64,000 nt of DNA from Yuukianura sp. NJ FZ-2021 (Eukaryota), in NCBI GenBank assembly GCA_046563655.1, contig CM102290.1, forward strand, positions 12,524,001 to 12,588,000. Direction: 5' to 3'. The stretch's first letter is position 1. The number at the start of each line of letters is the position of its first letter. Both the position numbers and the translations under genes were made by a program. Shown here piece after piece: positions 26,285 through 37,808 of this stretch. Below the pieces are notes generated by a model, which searched no databases, was not told where the DNA came from, and was given only the letters and a program-made list of their open reading frames with translations.

Positions 26285-28604
26285 ACCTCAAGACTTCGCG
26301 CCATTTTGTAAACTAAAAGGTACGTTGATTTCTCCTAGCCTCCATTTCACTACAATTTGAATTTCGGCAATTTCGCGCCGTTTGACCTTTGACCTCCTCT
26401 TTGTCAAGGGGCGAAATGTATGTAAAAATTTAAGTTATGTAATTAATGTAAAATATTTCTGATCATCCTGTTATTGTACAAGCGCAAACAACCTTTGTTG
26501 TTATTGAATATGTTATATTAGTTTTATTATAAAAATAATTATTTTTATTATATTTTTTTTCCAGAGAAAGTGGAACGAGTGAAAGTGGAGTAAATCATAT
26601 TAATTATTTTGAAACGTGATGTGACTCTGTCCTGTGTGACTCTGACCATTAAGCTGCTAAGAGACTCATCAGATTCTGTGATTGGAATCCCAAAGGGAAC
26701 CACAAGTGCCTTGACCTCTGACCTCTCTGCGTCTCTTTTTGCCCCACCGAAGTGACCCCCATGCCTTCTTGGAACATGAGACTTCGTCCTGCCTAGTCAT
26801 GGCTACTCATGGCTCCCTCGTTACACACCCTACCACACAATGTGCGTTACTGTTATAAGAGTTTATACTTTAGTTAATTAAATTTATAGTTAATTAAACA
26901 AGTTAATTTAAGTTAGGCAATCACCAATCAGGAAGCAATGAGAGAGTGCGGGACTTTTCAAATCATGACGTTATTTAAATCTGTTAATCCCAGAGAATTG
27001 GAATAAAAGTACAACAATATTTTAAATCAAACTGAAAATATTGATCGTGCTGCTCTTCCGTTTCTTAAGAATCTGATTTCAATTTTATTTTAGAAAAAAA
27101 AATTATTTTTTTATTTTATTTATTTATTTTTTGTTTAGAAAAGTGAGTTTTCCTTTGAGAGTGTTCCCATTTTGATCTTGTTTTTGAAATGAAAGACGAA
27201 ATTTAAAGGGACTCTGAGTGCATTGCTTTTTGAAGGGGTCAAAGTTACCTTGGTTTTTTTTTCTTCAGTCAACAAAGACACAAAGAAGGGACATACCGAG
27301 GACCCTTAAGGGCTCTCTCCGCTCCATTCAGCTGATTTTTACCTTAGCTATTCCATAAATTTCATCCACCGAATTTCTCAGAAGGTTTGAAATTTTCGAA
27401 CCTTCCGAAAACTGAAATTTATACATTTTGGTTCTAGTCGCCAAAAACTATCTATTCTATCTATAAATTTTCACAAAATCAGACACTTTTTTATTTCACT
27501 AAAACTCATTTTTTTAGTTTCCTTTTTTTAAATACCTATTCACTTTTGGTTTTAGTTTTAGTTAAACTTACGTTTTAGTTTAGTTATTACGATTTACTTA
27601 TTTGCTCGTTTTTTTTACCATACTTTTGTTTGTTACCTTGCACGACACTTTTCCTATAGTTTTTTTTAATCTACTCTTACTATTTTACTCCACTTTTACT
27701 TTTTAACCATGCTTTTACTTCTACATTTTTTTAGCATTTGAACGATATAGGATTTCCTTTGCCTTTGTGAGACTTAAGAGCGAGTCTTGGACTTGGAATG
27801 GATGGAGGATGAAGATGCACTTCTTTTGTTTCGTTATGTATTGTTGTTATTCCATTGTTGACGGTGGCTCCTGTGTTCCTTCAAGTCATTTCTTTGTTGA
27901 TTGAAATTACCATAAGCACTTTCCAGTCACATCTCACAGGAACTGACCCCTGTCACATCATTTTCAGAACAACCGACGACCCCAACGGCATAACAATTAC
28001 AATAAAACTGGGCTCCATGCTATGCCTTCTGCTTCTAAATGCAAACGACTTCAGCATTTGGCAATATCACCCTTCAAAACGGAAACTGATTCTCAAATTT
28101 ATTGCAAAATCATGTACTAAAAATTTATGGAAATTGGTCAAAAAGTTCCGAATTTCAATTGAAGTGGAAAACGAATTGATGCTACGCTTCCAAAACTTTT
28201 ACGACTTTACTCATTGTAATTTTTTCTCTGCGAAAATTATTTTTTAGAACAAGTGAAAGTAAACCGTTTTTTTTTTCAGGATTCAAAAATAACGAACTAA
28301 AATTGAGAATTTCGTAATTCAGAGCAATTTAATTTATCATTCGAAGATGGACTTGAGGTATCCCTTTGTGCGTGGACTAGGCTCACTGACTTAAATATAA
28401 TTATTATATTATAATAAATATTAATATTATATTAATATAAATTAATTAAGTAAAATTAATTTCAGTAATAGAGTGCACGGGACAGCTGGAGGACGGACTG
28501 GAAATGACAAAACTTTGGCAAAGCCATTAATAAACTCAAAATTAAAACTTAATTTGTTAATTAATTAACTTAATTAACATTTAAATATTTCAAAAATTTA
28601 GTAG

Positions 28605-29108
28605 TTAGTTTTCTTTGGTGTCTTTTTCGTCGTCAACGAATGGCGCATCTTCCATAGGTTCAAAAGTTCCCGCGCTTTCTTCCGTCACTTCGGACCCTTC
28701 AAGTAGTACTTTCTCCAGGCTCAAAATGTAACCTAACGCCGACCGAAGTGTGTCCACTTTTGACATGCGTTTTGTACGGAAGGGCTCTGGTAAGTGGTGT
28801 CTAAGGGTCAGGAACCCTTGATTAACCTGGGACACAACGATATTGTTAGGTTATGCTTTGACCTTTGACCTCGTTTCAATTACCTGTCGAACTCGATTCC
28901 TTTCCCGCGCGTTTCTTCTGGCCATTCTGACTATCCCTTTGGCCGAAGGCTGTTGAAGGGCCTCCTCAGCACCGCCAAGTCCCCCTTTGCTCGACTTCCG
29001 TCCACCTCCAGCTTCTCCAGTACCCTTGACCTGATGAGCTGGAAGGTCAAGCGATGAAATGTTGAATTCCTTGGGCCGCAGGACACTGGAGAGACTGACT
29101 TTGTCCAT
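28605..29108 (-). CDS. Second achaete-scute-family bHLH gene lacking the proneural C-terminal motif; exons 29108-28884, 28826-28605
   Basis: [52 protein letters not shown] with a 57-nt GT-AG intron; short acidic tail. Confidence 0.88.
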
Positions 29109-31394
29109 TATTGCTAAGGGCCAGTTGAGAACTGTCTGTGTCCTTCGCTAATCCCTTATTTCGTCTGTTGGGAATTTGAGAACTGTTGTATGACATGAAA
29201 CCCGGGAGCGGGAGCCCTTCATCGTGCCATACTCCATTTTGCCTAAACCGTAACCTAAGGGAAGGTGGAAGTGGGCCCTTAGGAATTTCGGAGGGAAAAG
29301 TTAAGCGGATACAGCACGGCCACTTCCCCTTCCACTTCCTTCCTCAAATCACCAATGAAGACCCGGTGGAAACATATGGGCTGATGTGGGGACTTCGGGA
29401 AGATCCGCATGAGCCCTTGAAGGGCCTCTGACAGCCGCTCTTTCCCAGGCTCAGTGCTAAATGCATTGGTATGTTGTTGGAAGAGTGCATTAGAAGTGGT
29501 TAGGTTAGCCTGGTAAGCATCCGAAATGGTTAGGTTAGTGTTGTTAAGGGCCACTGTAGAAGGGTTCCACGTCATAACAACCAAATCAAAAAGAGCCAAT
29601 GCCAAAAGAGCCAATTTTAAAAACGCCGATGGAGAAGCCTACAAACAAGCTTCGTTGTGAATAAAACCGCATAATATTTGCTAACTTGACCTCACTTAAT
29701 GAAATCAAACCTGAAGTTCAAAAAACCTCGTTTTCTGATGCTCTTGCAATCGGCTCTTTTTGATTGGCTCGTTTTGTTTTGGCTGTTATGACCTGGTCTG
29801 GACTAAAAGTTGGACTAGAGTGACTTTGTGTGGTGGTTGGCTGCCATTGCGATGGTTCGTGACGCTTGGTTGGTTCGAGAAGTGGTTCTTGGAAGAGCGG
29901 ATGTAGCTGAGAGTTGGAGTTCATGTCCCATGGCATTGGAATTAGAATAAAAACATAACCTAACTTGCTACTCTTCTGCAAAAGATATGGTAGGGATCAG
30001 AAATAGTAAGTACTGGATTCAATTTGGCATTGGACGTAGTCCCACAAGTTCAACTTCCCACAGCAGAACCTCAAACACAACAATCTACGCAATTGGATTG
30101 AATTTGAAGCTTAGGTGGGTTACCTAACACAGCCAGTGGGCCAGAGGAGATACCGAGGGTAGTTGGCTTCCTTCCGTTCTCCATTTTTTCCCACAAGTCG
30201 AGTCATCCGAAATTACAATCTTCAATCTTCTACATTATGGCTCATACTCACTTCTCCCCTCAATTGTTATTTCTCCAACTAAAAACATACTAGTGAAAGT
30301 ATATAAAACCTCAAAAACATACAAATATTTCAGGAAACGTATTAGCTTTCGTAGCCTACTTATTAGAAGAAGCAATTACAATTATTTTTGTAATTAGATC
30401 TCAGGTTCTCTAGATTCTTTGTATTTGAAACGATTTTTTATGCAATTGATACAAACTGAAATTAAATGGTTAGTAATATTTAGCAAGTTCATGTTTAACA
30501 ATAAGTTTAACAAATCTTGATATAAACCACTTTCACTTTACAGAGCAAGACAGAAGCGCTACTTTCGCTTTGACTTTCTTTCAACAGAGTGAAAGGTGTG
30601 AATTTTGTCACCTTTAAAAATTCTTTGTCCGCCGCCTCTTTTAGCGTGGTTTCTTTTTATCGTTGGGTTTAGCAGCGCCATCCGCCACATTTGTGCTGCA
30701 ATTGTCGGCATTCGGTTGAAGTAAACCTTAGTGAGTACAATTGTAGCCATACAGTGTAAGCCACTTTGCGTTGTGGCCTGAATGGGTGACTGCACCTTGT
30801 GACAACCAGTGTTGCCGCTTTACTTTATGTTTTTATGCCAACAAATTCTAACATAACCTAACTTTGTTGCCAGCCTAGCTAAACCATCCATTGTAGCCAC
30901 ACGAAAGGGCTACAGCGGCTCAATTGCTCTTGTTACAGTTTACCGCAACCCGGTATTCAAGTAGGCACAAAATAATGAATAGTTGAATTGACAGAGCTTA
31001 AATGTTATTTAAGTGATGTCAAATTTAATCGATATTAGTTTAAGCAATTAGTAACTACTATTTTGTTTAATGTGAACTTAATAATTTAAATTTTTGTTAG
31101 TACGTATGATATGGATAAGGTCAATTGCGTGATGATTGTGATCGCGCGTAAACAAAACCGGGTTGGCGCGAATTTGAATTTTTGAAGTTTATTGGAAAAG
31201 AGGTTTTCGGATTTCATTTTTCTTTCATTTCTTCAATTTTATGAAATAAGTTGCATGCTAATTGCTGTCTATCTTTTAAATGTTTTAACGTACCGTGAGT
31301 GTTGCACTAAGTACACGTACGATTACAATTACAAAACACGAGGAGTCTACCGGTGATAAACGTAAAATCTTACCGTGTCAAAGAATAACACAAG

Positions 31395-33604
31395 ATGACA
31401 ACAGACGAGGAAACTGCTGCCAAGGAGTCTAATGTGCCGGAAGTCGGGGGTATCGATAAGATGTACCAAATCTATGAGAAATTGAATTCAGCCGAGGATA
31501 AAGCGGCGGTACTAATTTAAACGGCAATGTTAAACTATGATGTGTTCATGTACTTACTTTAGTTTAATACGCAGTTGGAGGGGGAGTATCGCCATTTCAT
31601 GGAGGCAGCTCATCGATCCGATAAAGAGAAACGACTTGCCTCGCAATTCATCACTCGTTTTATCGAGTTCTTCCCAAAATCGTATGACGATGCCGTTGGC
31701 ACAATGTTGGATCTTTGCGACGAGGAAGATCAAGCCGTAAGCATAGCGGATAACGGATTTACAAAGCTCCGCAGGATTATTAGTATTAATGTGCTTAACT
31801 TTAACTTTAGTTGCGAATTCTTTTTGTTATAGATCCGGAAGCAAGTTATCAAGGATTTGTTTTTAGCGTGTAAAAAGGTGAAGCCTTCGGAAACGTCAGT
31901 CCCAAGGATTGTCGACGTTTTCTGCCAACTTTTGCTCACGGCGGACGTTTCTGAGACCCAGACTCTAGAAGCAAATATCCAGAGTCTGTTTAATACTGAT
32001 GCTCGCGGAACATTGGCGGGAATATTTGTGCAATTCCGTGACGGAGACGAAATTGTTCGTGAAGCAGTTTTGAAAATCCTAATTGCGAAGATTAAAGAGA
32101 ACAACCCCGACATTGCTAAGTTGCCGTTTCAGCAATCGCTGTATCAAGAAATTAAGCAAGTTGCTAAGGTACACACAATCACAATAGCATCAAGCAACTC
32201 TTATAGCAGATTCATGGTCTTAAAAAATTGTTTCCTTTGCAGTACATGACTGATGTGGAGTTGAAGACTCTGCTAGATCTCTTTCACTCCCAAAAATTCC
32301 TGCCGGAAGTAAACGGAAACAGTCAGATTGTGGATCTTCTCTACGAAAAACTTTCGTTGAAAGAAATGTTGAAGGTGGATGTCGCCTCGATCAGATCCTT
32401 GCATCAGACCACCGACAAGATCATGACTTTACTAAATGTAAGTTATTCGTGTTCGTATCGGAACTACTAGAAGTAGTAGTTTACATTCGTATTGATTTTA
32501 ATAGATTTTTCTATTTGTAGACCACCGTCCTTCCGAACACCCTAATAGTTTACTACTTTACCAAAGTTGTTCCCGTTATAACCAAGTTTGGCGGAGAAGA
32601 GAAGCGCACTGCACTTCAGCTGGATACGATGAAGAGAATTGCCGAGTTACTTCTACTCGCAAAAACTATTGAAGAACATGATGCCAAAATCTGTTTGGAT
32701 TCTGCTTTCAACTTAGCATTGGTATGTCAACTATCATCATTGTTAAATCAGCTGATCGCTCATTTGTACTTAAGTTCATATTGTTTCATGGTCTTTTGTA
32801 ATCTTAGGAACTTCTTCCCCCGGCTGATTCAGAACAAAAAGTAAATTTTTCACTGGTTGAATGCAGTTTGTTCTTTATCTATCAACTTGGAGGTCACTTG
32901 CCATCGTATATTCCTTCGTCGGAGCGAATGGACGACCTCACATCCCGTCTGGTGGCTTTTCATCGCCCAATCACTTCACACAAAGAAAATTTACGACAAG
33001 CGTTCAAAACTCACGAACTAAAACCGATGGATTTAACAGAGCTACAAAACAAGAAGAAGGTGAGTCACACCTTAGCGTCAATTTTTAAAGTTCCTGTCGA
33101 AAAGGCTTTACATGCCCCTTGTAAATGCTGTAATACTTTATTTTCCGTATTTGCTAGATTATCGCTCTCAAAGTTTTCAAAAACTTGGACATCTTGACGA
33201 GAGCTCTTTTGGAAGAGGAAATCAAGTACGGTCAGAAGATTCCACTGTCTTGGAAACCACTGACACAACCACAGCCTGCTCCTGCTCCCAAACGATCCTA
33301 TCCCACTCAAGGACACTTGAATGTAGTAGGTGGACTGAAAAATCCACGTCCAGGGAAAGACCGGGAACTCAAACGATATCAACCGCCTGGTGGCAAGTAT
33401 TCTCGCGGCGGTGCTTTCGGTAAGATCTGGTCAAAGTATAAACAATGGTGACAACAATTTCAGTTTCGATGACAAATTAATTGCGAATTAATTAATTTCT
33501 CAGGTTCGTATGGAGGAGGTGGCCGTGGTGGCGGCGGTGGATTTGGGAGGGGCGGTTTTGCAAGAGGGCGTGGCGGTTTCCGTGGAAACAACCGAAGGTT
33601 CTGA
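31395..33604 (+). CDS. API5: Apoptosis inhibitor 5 (API5/Aac11); exons 31395-31508, 31575-31736, 31833-32168, 32243-32437, 32521-32721, 32808-33059, 33158-33419, 33504-33604
   Basis: KEKRLASQFITRFIEFFP...LDLCDEEDQAIRKQVIKDL, FSLVECSLFFIYQLG, IPLSWKP, YQPPGGKYS and an RGG-rich tail match API5 landmarks; splice phases are consistent. Confidence 0.88.
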
Positions 33605-34242
33605 AGCGATTCATTCCTTTCTTTGACGCTCTCAAGACTCAAAATTATATACAGATTCTATAGTAAGTGTACACTGATTATGACCAAAAAGTCTCTTCAG
33701 TGTACACGCTAAAGTTTCATATAATGATTTTTATTTAAATTGTATATAAATAATAGCTTTTTACGTTATTCTAATTCGACATCGTTGGTTAGTTGTATTT
33801 ATTCGTACCAACAACTTCAGACATAATCTCCGGCATACCAGCAGCATCCACAAGGATATGGATTAGTTCCACTCAAGTCCAGCACTGATGCTGGCAGCAT
33901 TTTCATGCAAATGCGGAACTTTAGACAAATGCTACATAGGTATAACGTAGAAAGTAGAGGTACTGGCGAATAAGTAACGGACATCAGCACTCAACATTTA
34001 ATAAGACGAGATGCGCAACATTCTTTATTTCTCTCGTTCAGACTTTGAACCGGAAGAACTAGTGATAGTTAAGTTTCCCTTCTGGAGAAGGAGCTCAGTA
34101 TGCCCAGTTAACAGTTAAAACAGGAAGTGATTGGGCAGTTGACGGGGATTCATAAAAGTAGAATAAGGGAGCGAGTCTACGTGTTGCTGTGGGTGGGCAC
34201 TGTTTCTATGGCAACTTCGAATTGAGCGCCCCGTCTGGGCCT

Positions 34243-37200
34243 TTAAAAGTTCTGCTGTCGTTTTCTCTTGGAGTCCATGGCATCCATGATTGGTTGTCGC
34301 TTGGCCTGATACCTCTGCCTCACTTCTTCAATGTCCTTTTCCATCTCACTGTCCAAGTTACGCATGCGGCATTCCAGGTCATCGAGACTCAGAAACTTGA
34401 GCTGTAACCATACCAAGATCACAATCAATACTAACATGGTAATGTTGATCCTATAGTAATAATTACTCACAAATCCAAAGTCCATGTTGTCTATAAAGGT
34501 CTTGGAGTGCTGGGCATTGAAGGCTGCTTCGAGATTTACTTCTGGTTTAGCGTGTCGTAGGTCAACGAGGGGATTTGCGGGGCCGTTTGCCGCGTGACCT
34601 CTGTCTCCTCCGCCTCGATAACCCAGGAAGGCTGACGATACGCCCATGCCGCTGATTTGACTCAGTTGACGCTGCAATCGTTGAGAAAACTCGCGCTGCT
34701 CCTCTGCAGTCATCTGCTTCGTCTGATCTACGAGCTGAGGTTTGGAGTTAGTTGTACCTTGGGCGTTTACGTTTAGAGCAGGCGGGAGGTGGACGGGCGG
34801 GAGAGTGGAGTTCCCTCGCATATCTGTTGAGTAATGACAAGTGATTAGTGAAGGAATTAGTTAATTAGTAATTAACTAATTCAAAGCAGTGTTAGGGATG
34901 TTAGTGGTTAGTGGCAAAAGGTTAGTAGGAAAAGTCAAAGTAGACGGAACGGGACGTACTACTGGAGTTGGCGTACAGATTGGAGTTGGAGGGACTTTCG
35001 TTACCGTTCGGCTCCATTTTTGCGCCTTGACCTTGAGGCGATGTAGTGCCCTCTTTTTTGTCAAAGTGGTCCATAAAGTATGGCCTGTACGACTTCTTGC
35101 CCAAGTCCATCTCCGCCGTGTCATGACCTTTGATTTCATAAATCATTAGGTCACCATTCATAAGTGTAAATGTTACACTTATTATACGTTGTAACATACG
35201 TTTCATTGTGGAGTCGTCCTCTTCCTCACCAGAGTCCAAGTAAACTACCATTGTGCCTAAATTGGAGACTAGTGTGTTGTCGTTTTGTTCTACGCCGTGA
35301 GAAGGGACCATTGTCCCATCTTTTCCAAGCATTCCTGGCAGAAGTGTTCCTTCGTCTGCCGCTCTCATCGTCCTCTCACTTGACTCCTGGAATTTCCAGT
35401 AGTCAAAAAATATAAGAATCCAGCGCCCTTAAGTTAACGTTTAGCTACGCTAATCTTATTACAAGTTGGTACTAACCTGAAAGTGCTCGTGCACAGGCGG
35501 CGGGAGTCTGGTGGGGCAAATGTTGTTTTGAAGGTTTTCTCTCATTTCTCTCGCTTCATTGATCATGGGCAGAAGAATGGCGGGGGGTTTAGAGACTTTT
35601 ATAAAGTCGTGGTTAAGAAGCTCTTCCGCAGTGGCTCTCTTATCTGGATTCTGGAAACAGAAATAACAATTTCACCTTGTGTTTTCAAATCCATATAGAT
35701 CTTAGATGAACACTTAAGCGAAGATGTTAAGAAGAGGATGAGACACTTACCTTGACGAGACATCGCTGTACAAAGTCAATGAATTCAGGCGTCCAGAGGT
35801 CAATATTTCGAAAAGAGGGCGGCGGTTTGGATGGTATCATGAAGATCACTCGCATAGGGTGAATGTCACCATACGGAGGACGACCTTCCGCCATTTCCAA
35901 GGCCGTAATCCCCAGACTCCAAATATCAGCCACGCAGTCGTAGCCAATCTCTTGTATTACTTCGGGTGCCATCCAGAAAGGAGTACTAAAAAGTTTCAAC
36001 CCGGATGAGATCATTGAAAAAATGAGAAAGTCTGGCAATTGGCCATCAAGTGCACTGCAAGACGCAAATACGAAGTGTTCAATTACTTACCCAATGACAG
36101 TGTTTCGTTTCGCCATTGTGTCCTGATACAAAATGAAAAAATTGAGACTCAATGACCTCGATTTTTTGAAATACTAGAGTTGAATTGAAAACATTAGGTT
36201 TAATACTAACCGTAAGTTGACCTGCAACACCAAAGTCTGCTAATTTCGCATGTCCTTCACTGTTGAGGAGAATGTTGCCTGCCTTTATATCCCTGTGAAT
36301 CTTCTTCCTGGTGTGAAGATACTCCAGACCTTTGAGAGTATCTGTAAGAACTGTGGCAATCTCATCTTCTGTTAACGTCTTCTTGCGAAGGCGCATAATG
36401 TCAGAAACTGAACCCGCACCACAAAACTCCATCACAATCTGGAATTAATTCCAAAAAAATAGAACACTAGTAACTCAGGGTTGGCAAAATGACGTCATTT
36501 TCACGAAAATGACGTCAAAAACGTTTAAAACGTTAAAAACGCGTCAGAAACGTCAGGAACGTCAGAAACCTTTCCTCCAAAAATTAAAATCTTTAATTCT
36601 AAATTGCCGGTTAACCTACATTGAAAACTAGCTAACTATTCGAATATAACGTATAACCGCTGTCAGTTCTCACTGCTGTTTATTCAAAGTCCCCTTCGTC
36701 TTCCATTAGTTCTTCTACGCCGACGTTGTTGTCGTCGTTTTCATCATCTTCATCGTCCTGTTCCAGTTCCATTGCCTCGTCTGGAATATTTTGACCCTCC
36801 CATACCCACTTTCGAATTGATTGTAGTTGCTCTTTCGACGCTTCGGAATTGAGGTACTTGTACATAAATGTCAGCTTTCCCGCTTTTGTATTTCCCAAAG
36901 TTTGTTACTGGCTGCTGGATTTGGTTCTAGATCAAATTGTTCCCAGATTGGGTCTTTTCCCCGGGGCATAACGATAAAGTAACTACTATACAATTTACGA
37001 TTGACGGAAAAGTCAAAAAAACAAAAGGAGAATTAAAACTATCGACGACAAAGTAACGATTTGTTTTGTTTGTTGTGAATTCCGCTTTCAAATCATCGAA
37101 CCCCACGGGTTTCACTTAAAAATTTGAGCGCGAATGCATGGTTTTATAAAAAATGAATCTGACAAAAATGACGTTTTGTGACAAGGGGTCTTGTCAGAAA

Positions 37201-37808
37201 CGTTTATGACTGACGTTTTTGACTGACGTCATGGTCATTTTGCCAACCCTGTAGTAACTGCATATCATATGGATTGAGCCACAAGTTTAACATGATGAAT
37301 TACTTACCCAAAGGTCTGTGTTTTTGAAATATGACCCGTAGTATTTGACGACATAGGGACTGTCACATTGTTGCATAATAGAGATTTCTTTTATTATTTC
37401 TTGCAGGTCAGTGTCCACCGGGACTTGTTTTATTGCGAGGACTTGTCCTGACTCCTTATGAAGAGCCTGGAAAAGTAGAAATGCATAATTTAGAGTAGAA
37501 ATCGGTTTGCATCGACTACCTACGAATCGACAGGTTGACGATCTTGAGTATTATCCGTAATCACCCACAACAAAAGACGATTCTTTTACCTTGAAAACAC
37601 TTCCATAAGATCCTTCTCCCAGTTTACATATAATGTCAAATACTTCCTCCGGCTGTCGTGTGAGACTTTCTTCGGAGAGCTTTGTCAACTCACTACTAAA
37701 AACAAACGAAAAACAGTCAGTTAAAGCAAACTTAACGTTGATTAAACAAACGTCTGATTAACGACAATTCAACGAAACTGACCTCTTAGTTGGAGAGGTG
37801 GAAGCCAT
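34243..37808 (-). CDS. hpo: Hippo / STK3-STK4 (MST1/2) Ste20 kinase with SARAH domain; ~11 coding exons including a 32-nt micro-exon 36122-36091
   Basis: [130 protein letters not shown]. Start inferred at ATG 37808 (MASTSPTK). Confidence 0.93.
36476..37251. mobile_element. Non-autonomous hAT element (776 bp) in hippo intron
   Basis: Perfect 18-bp TIR CAGGGTTGGCAAAATGAC...GTCATTTTGCCAACCCTG, perfect 8-bp TSD TAGTAACT (36468-36475, 37252-37259), subterminal TGACGT repeats, and a transposase-tail-like fragment on minus ([17 protein letters not shown] plus acidic tail). Confidence 0.92.

Noticed and set aside
29279..29614. ORF with signal-peptide-like start upstream of the second bHLH gene
   Set aside because: Non-ATG start, no homology cues or splice support; more likely regulatory DNA.
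34202..34215. X-box match GTTTCTATGGCAAC
   Set aside because: Sits in the hippo 3' UTR between convergent genes with no nearby start; likely chance, and a caution for the other X-box calls.
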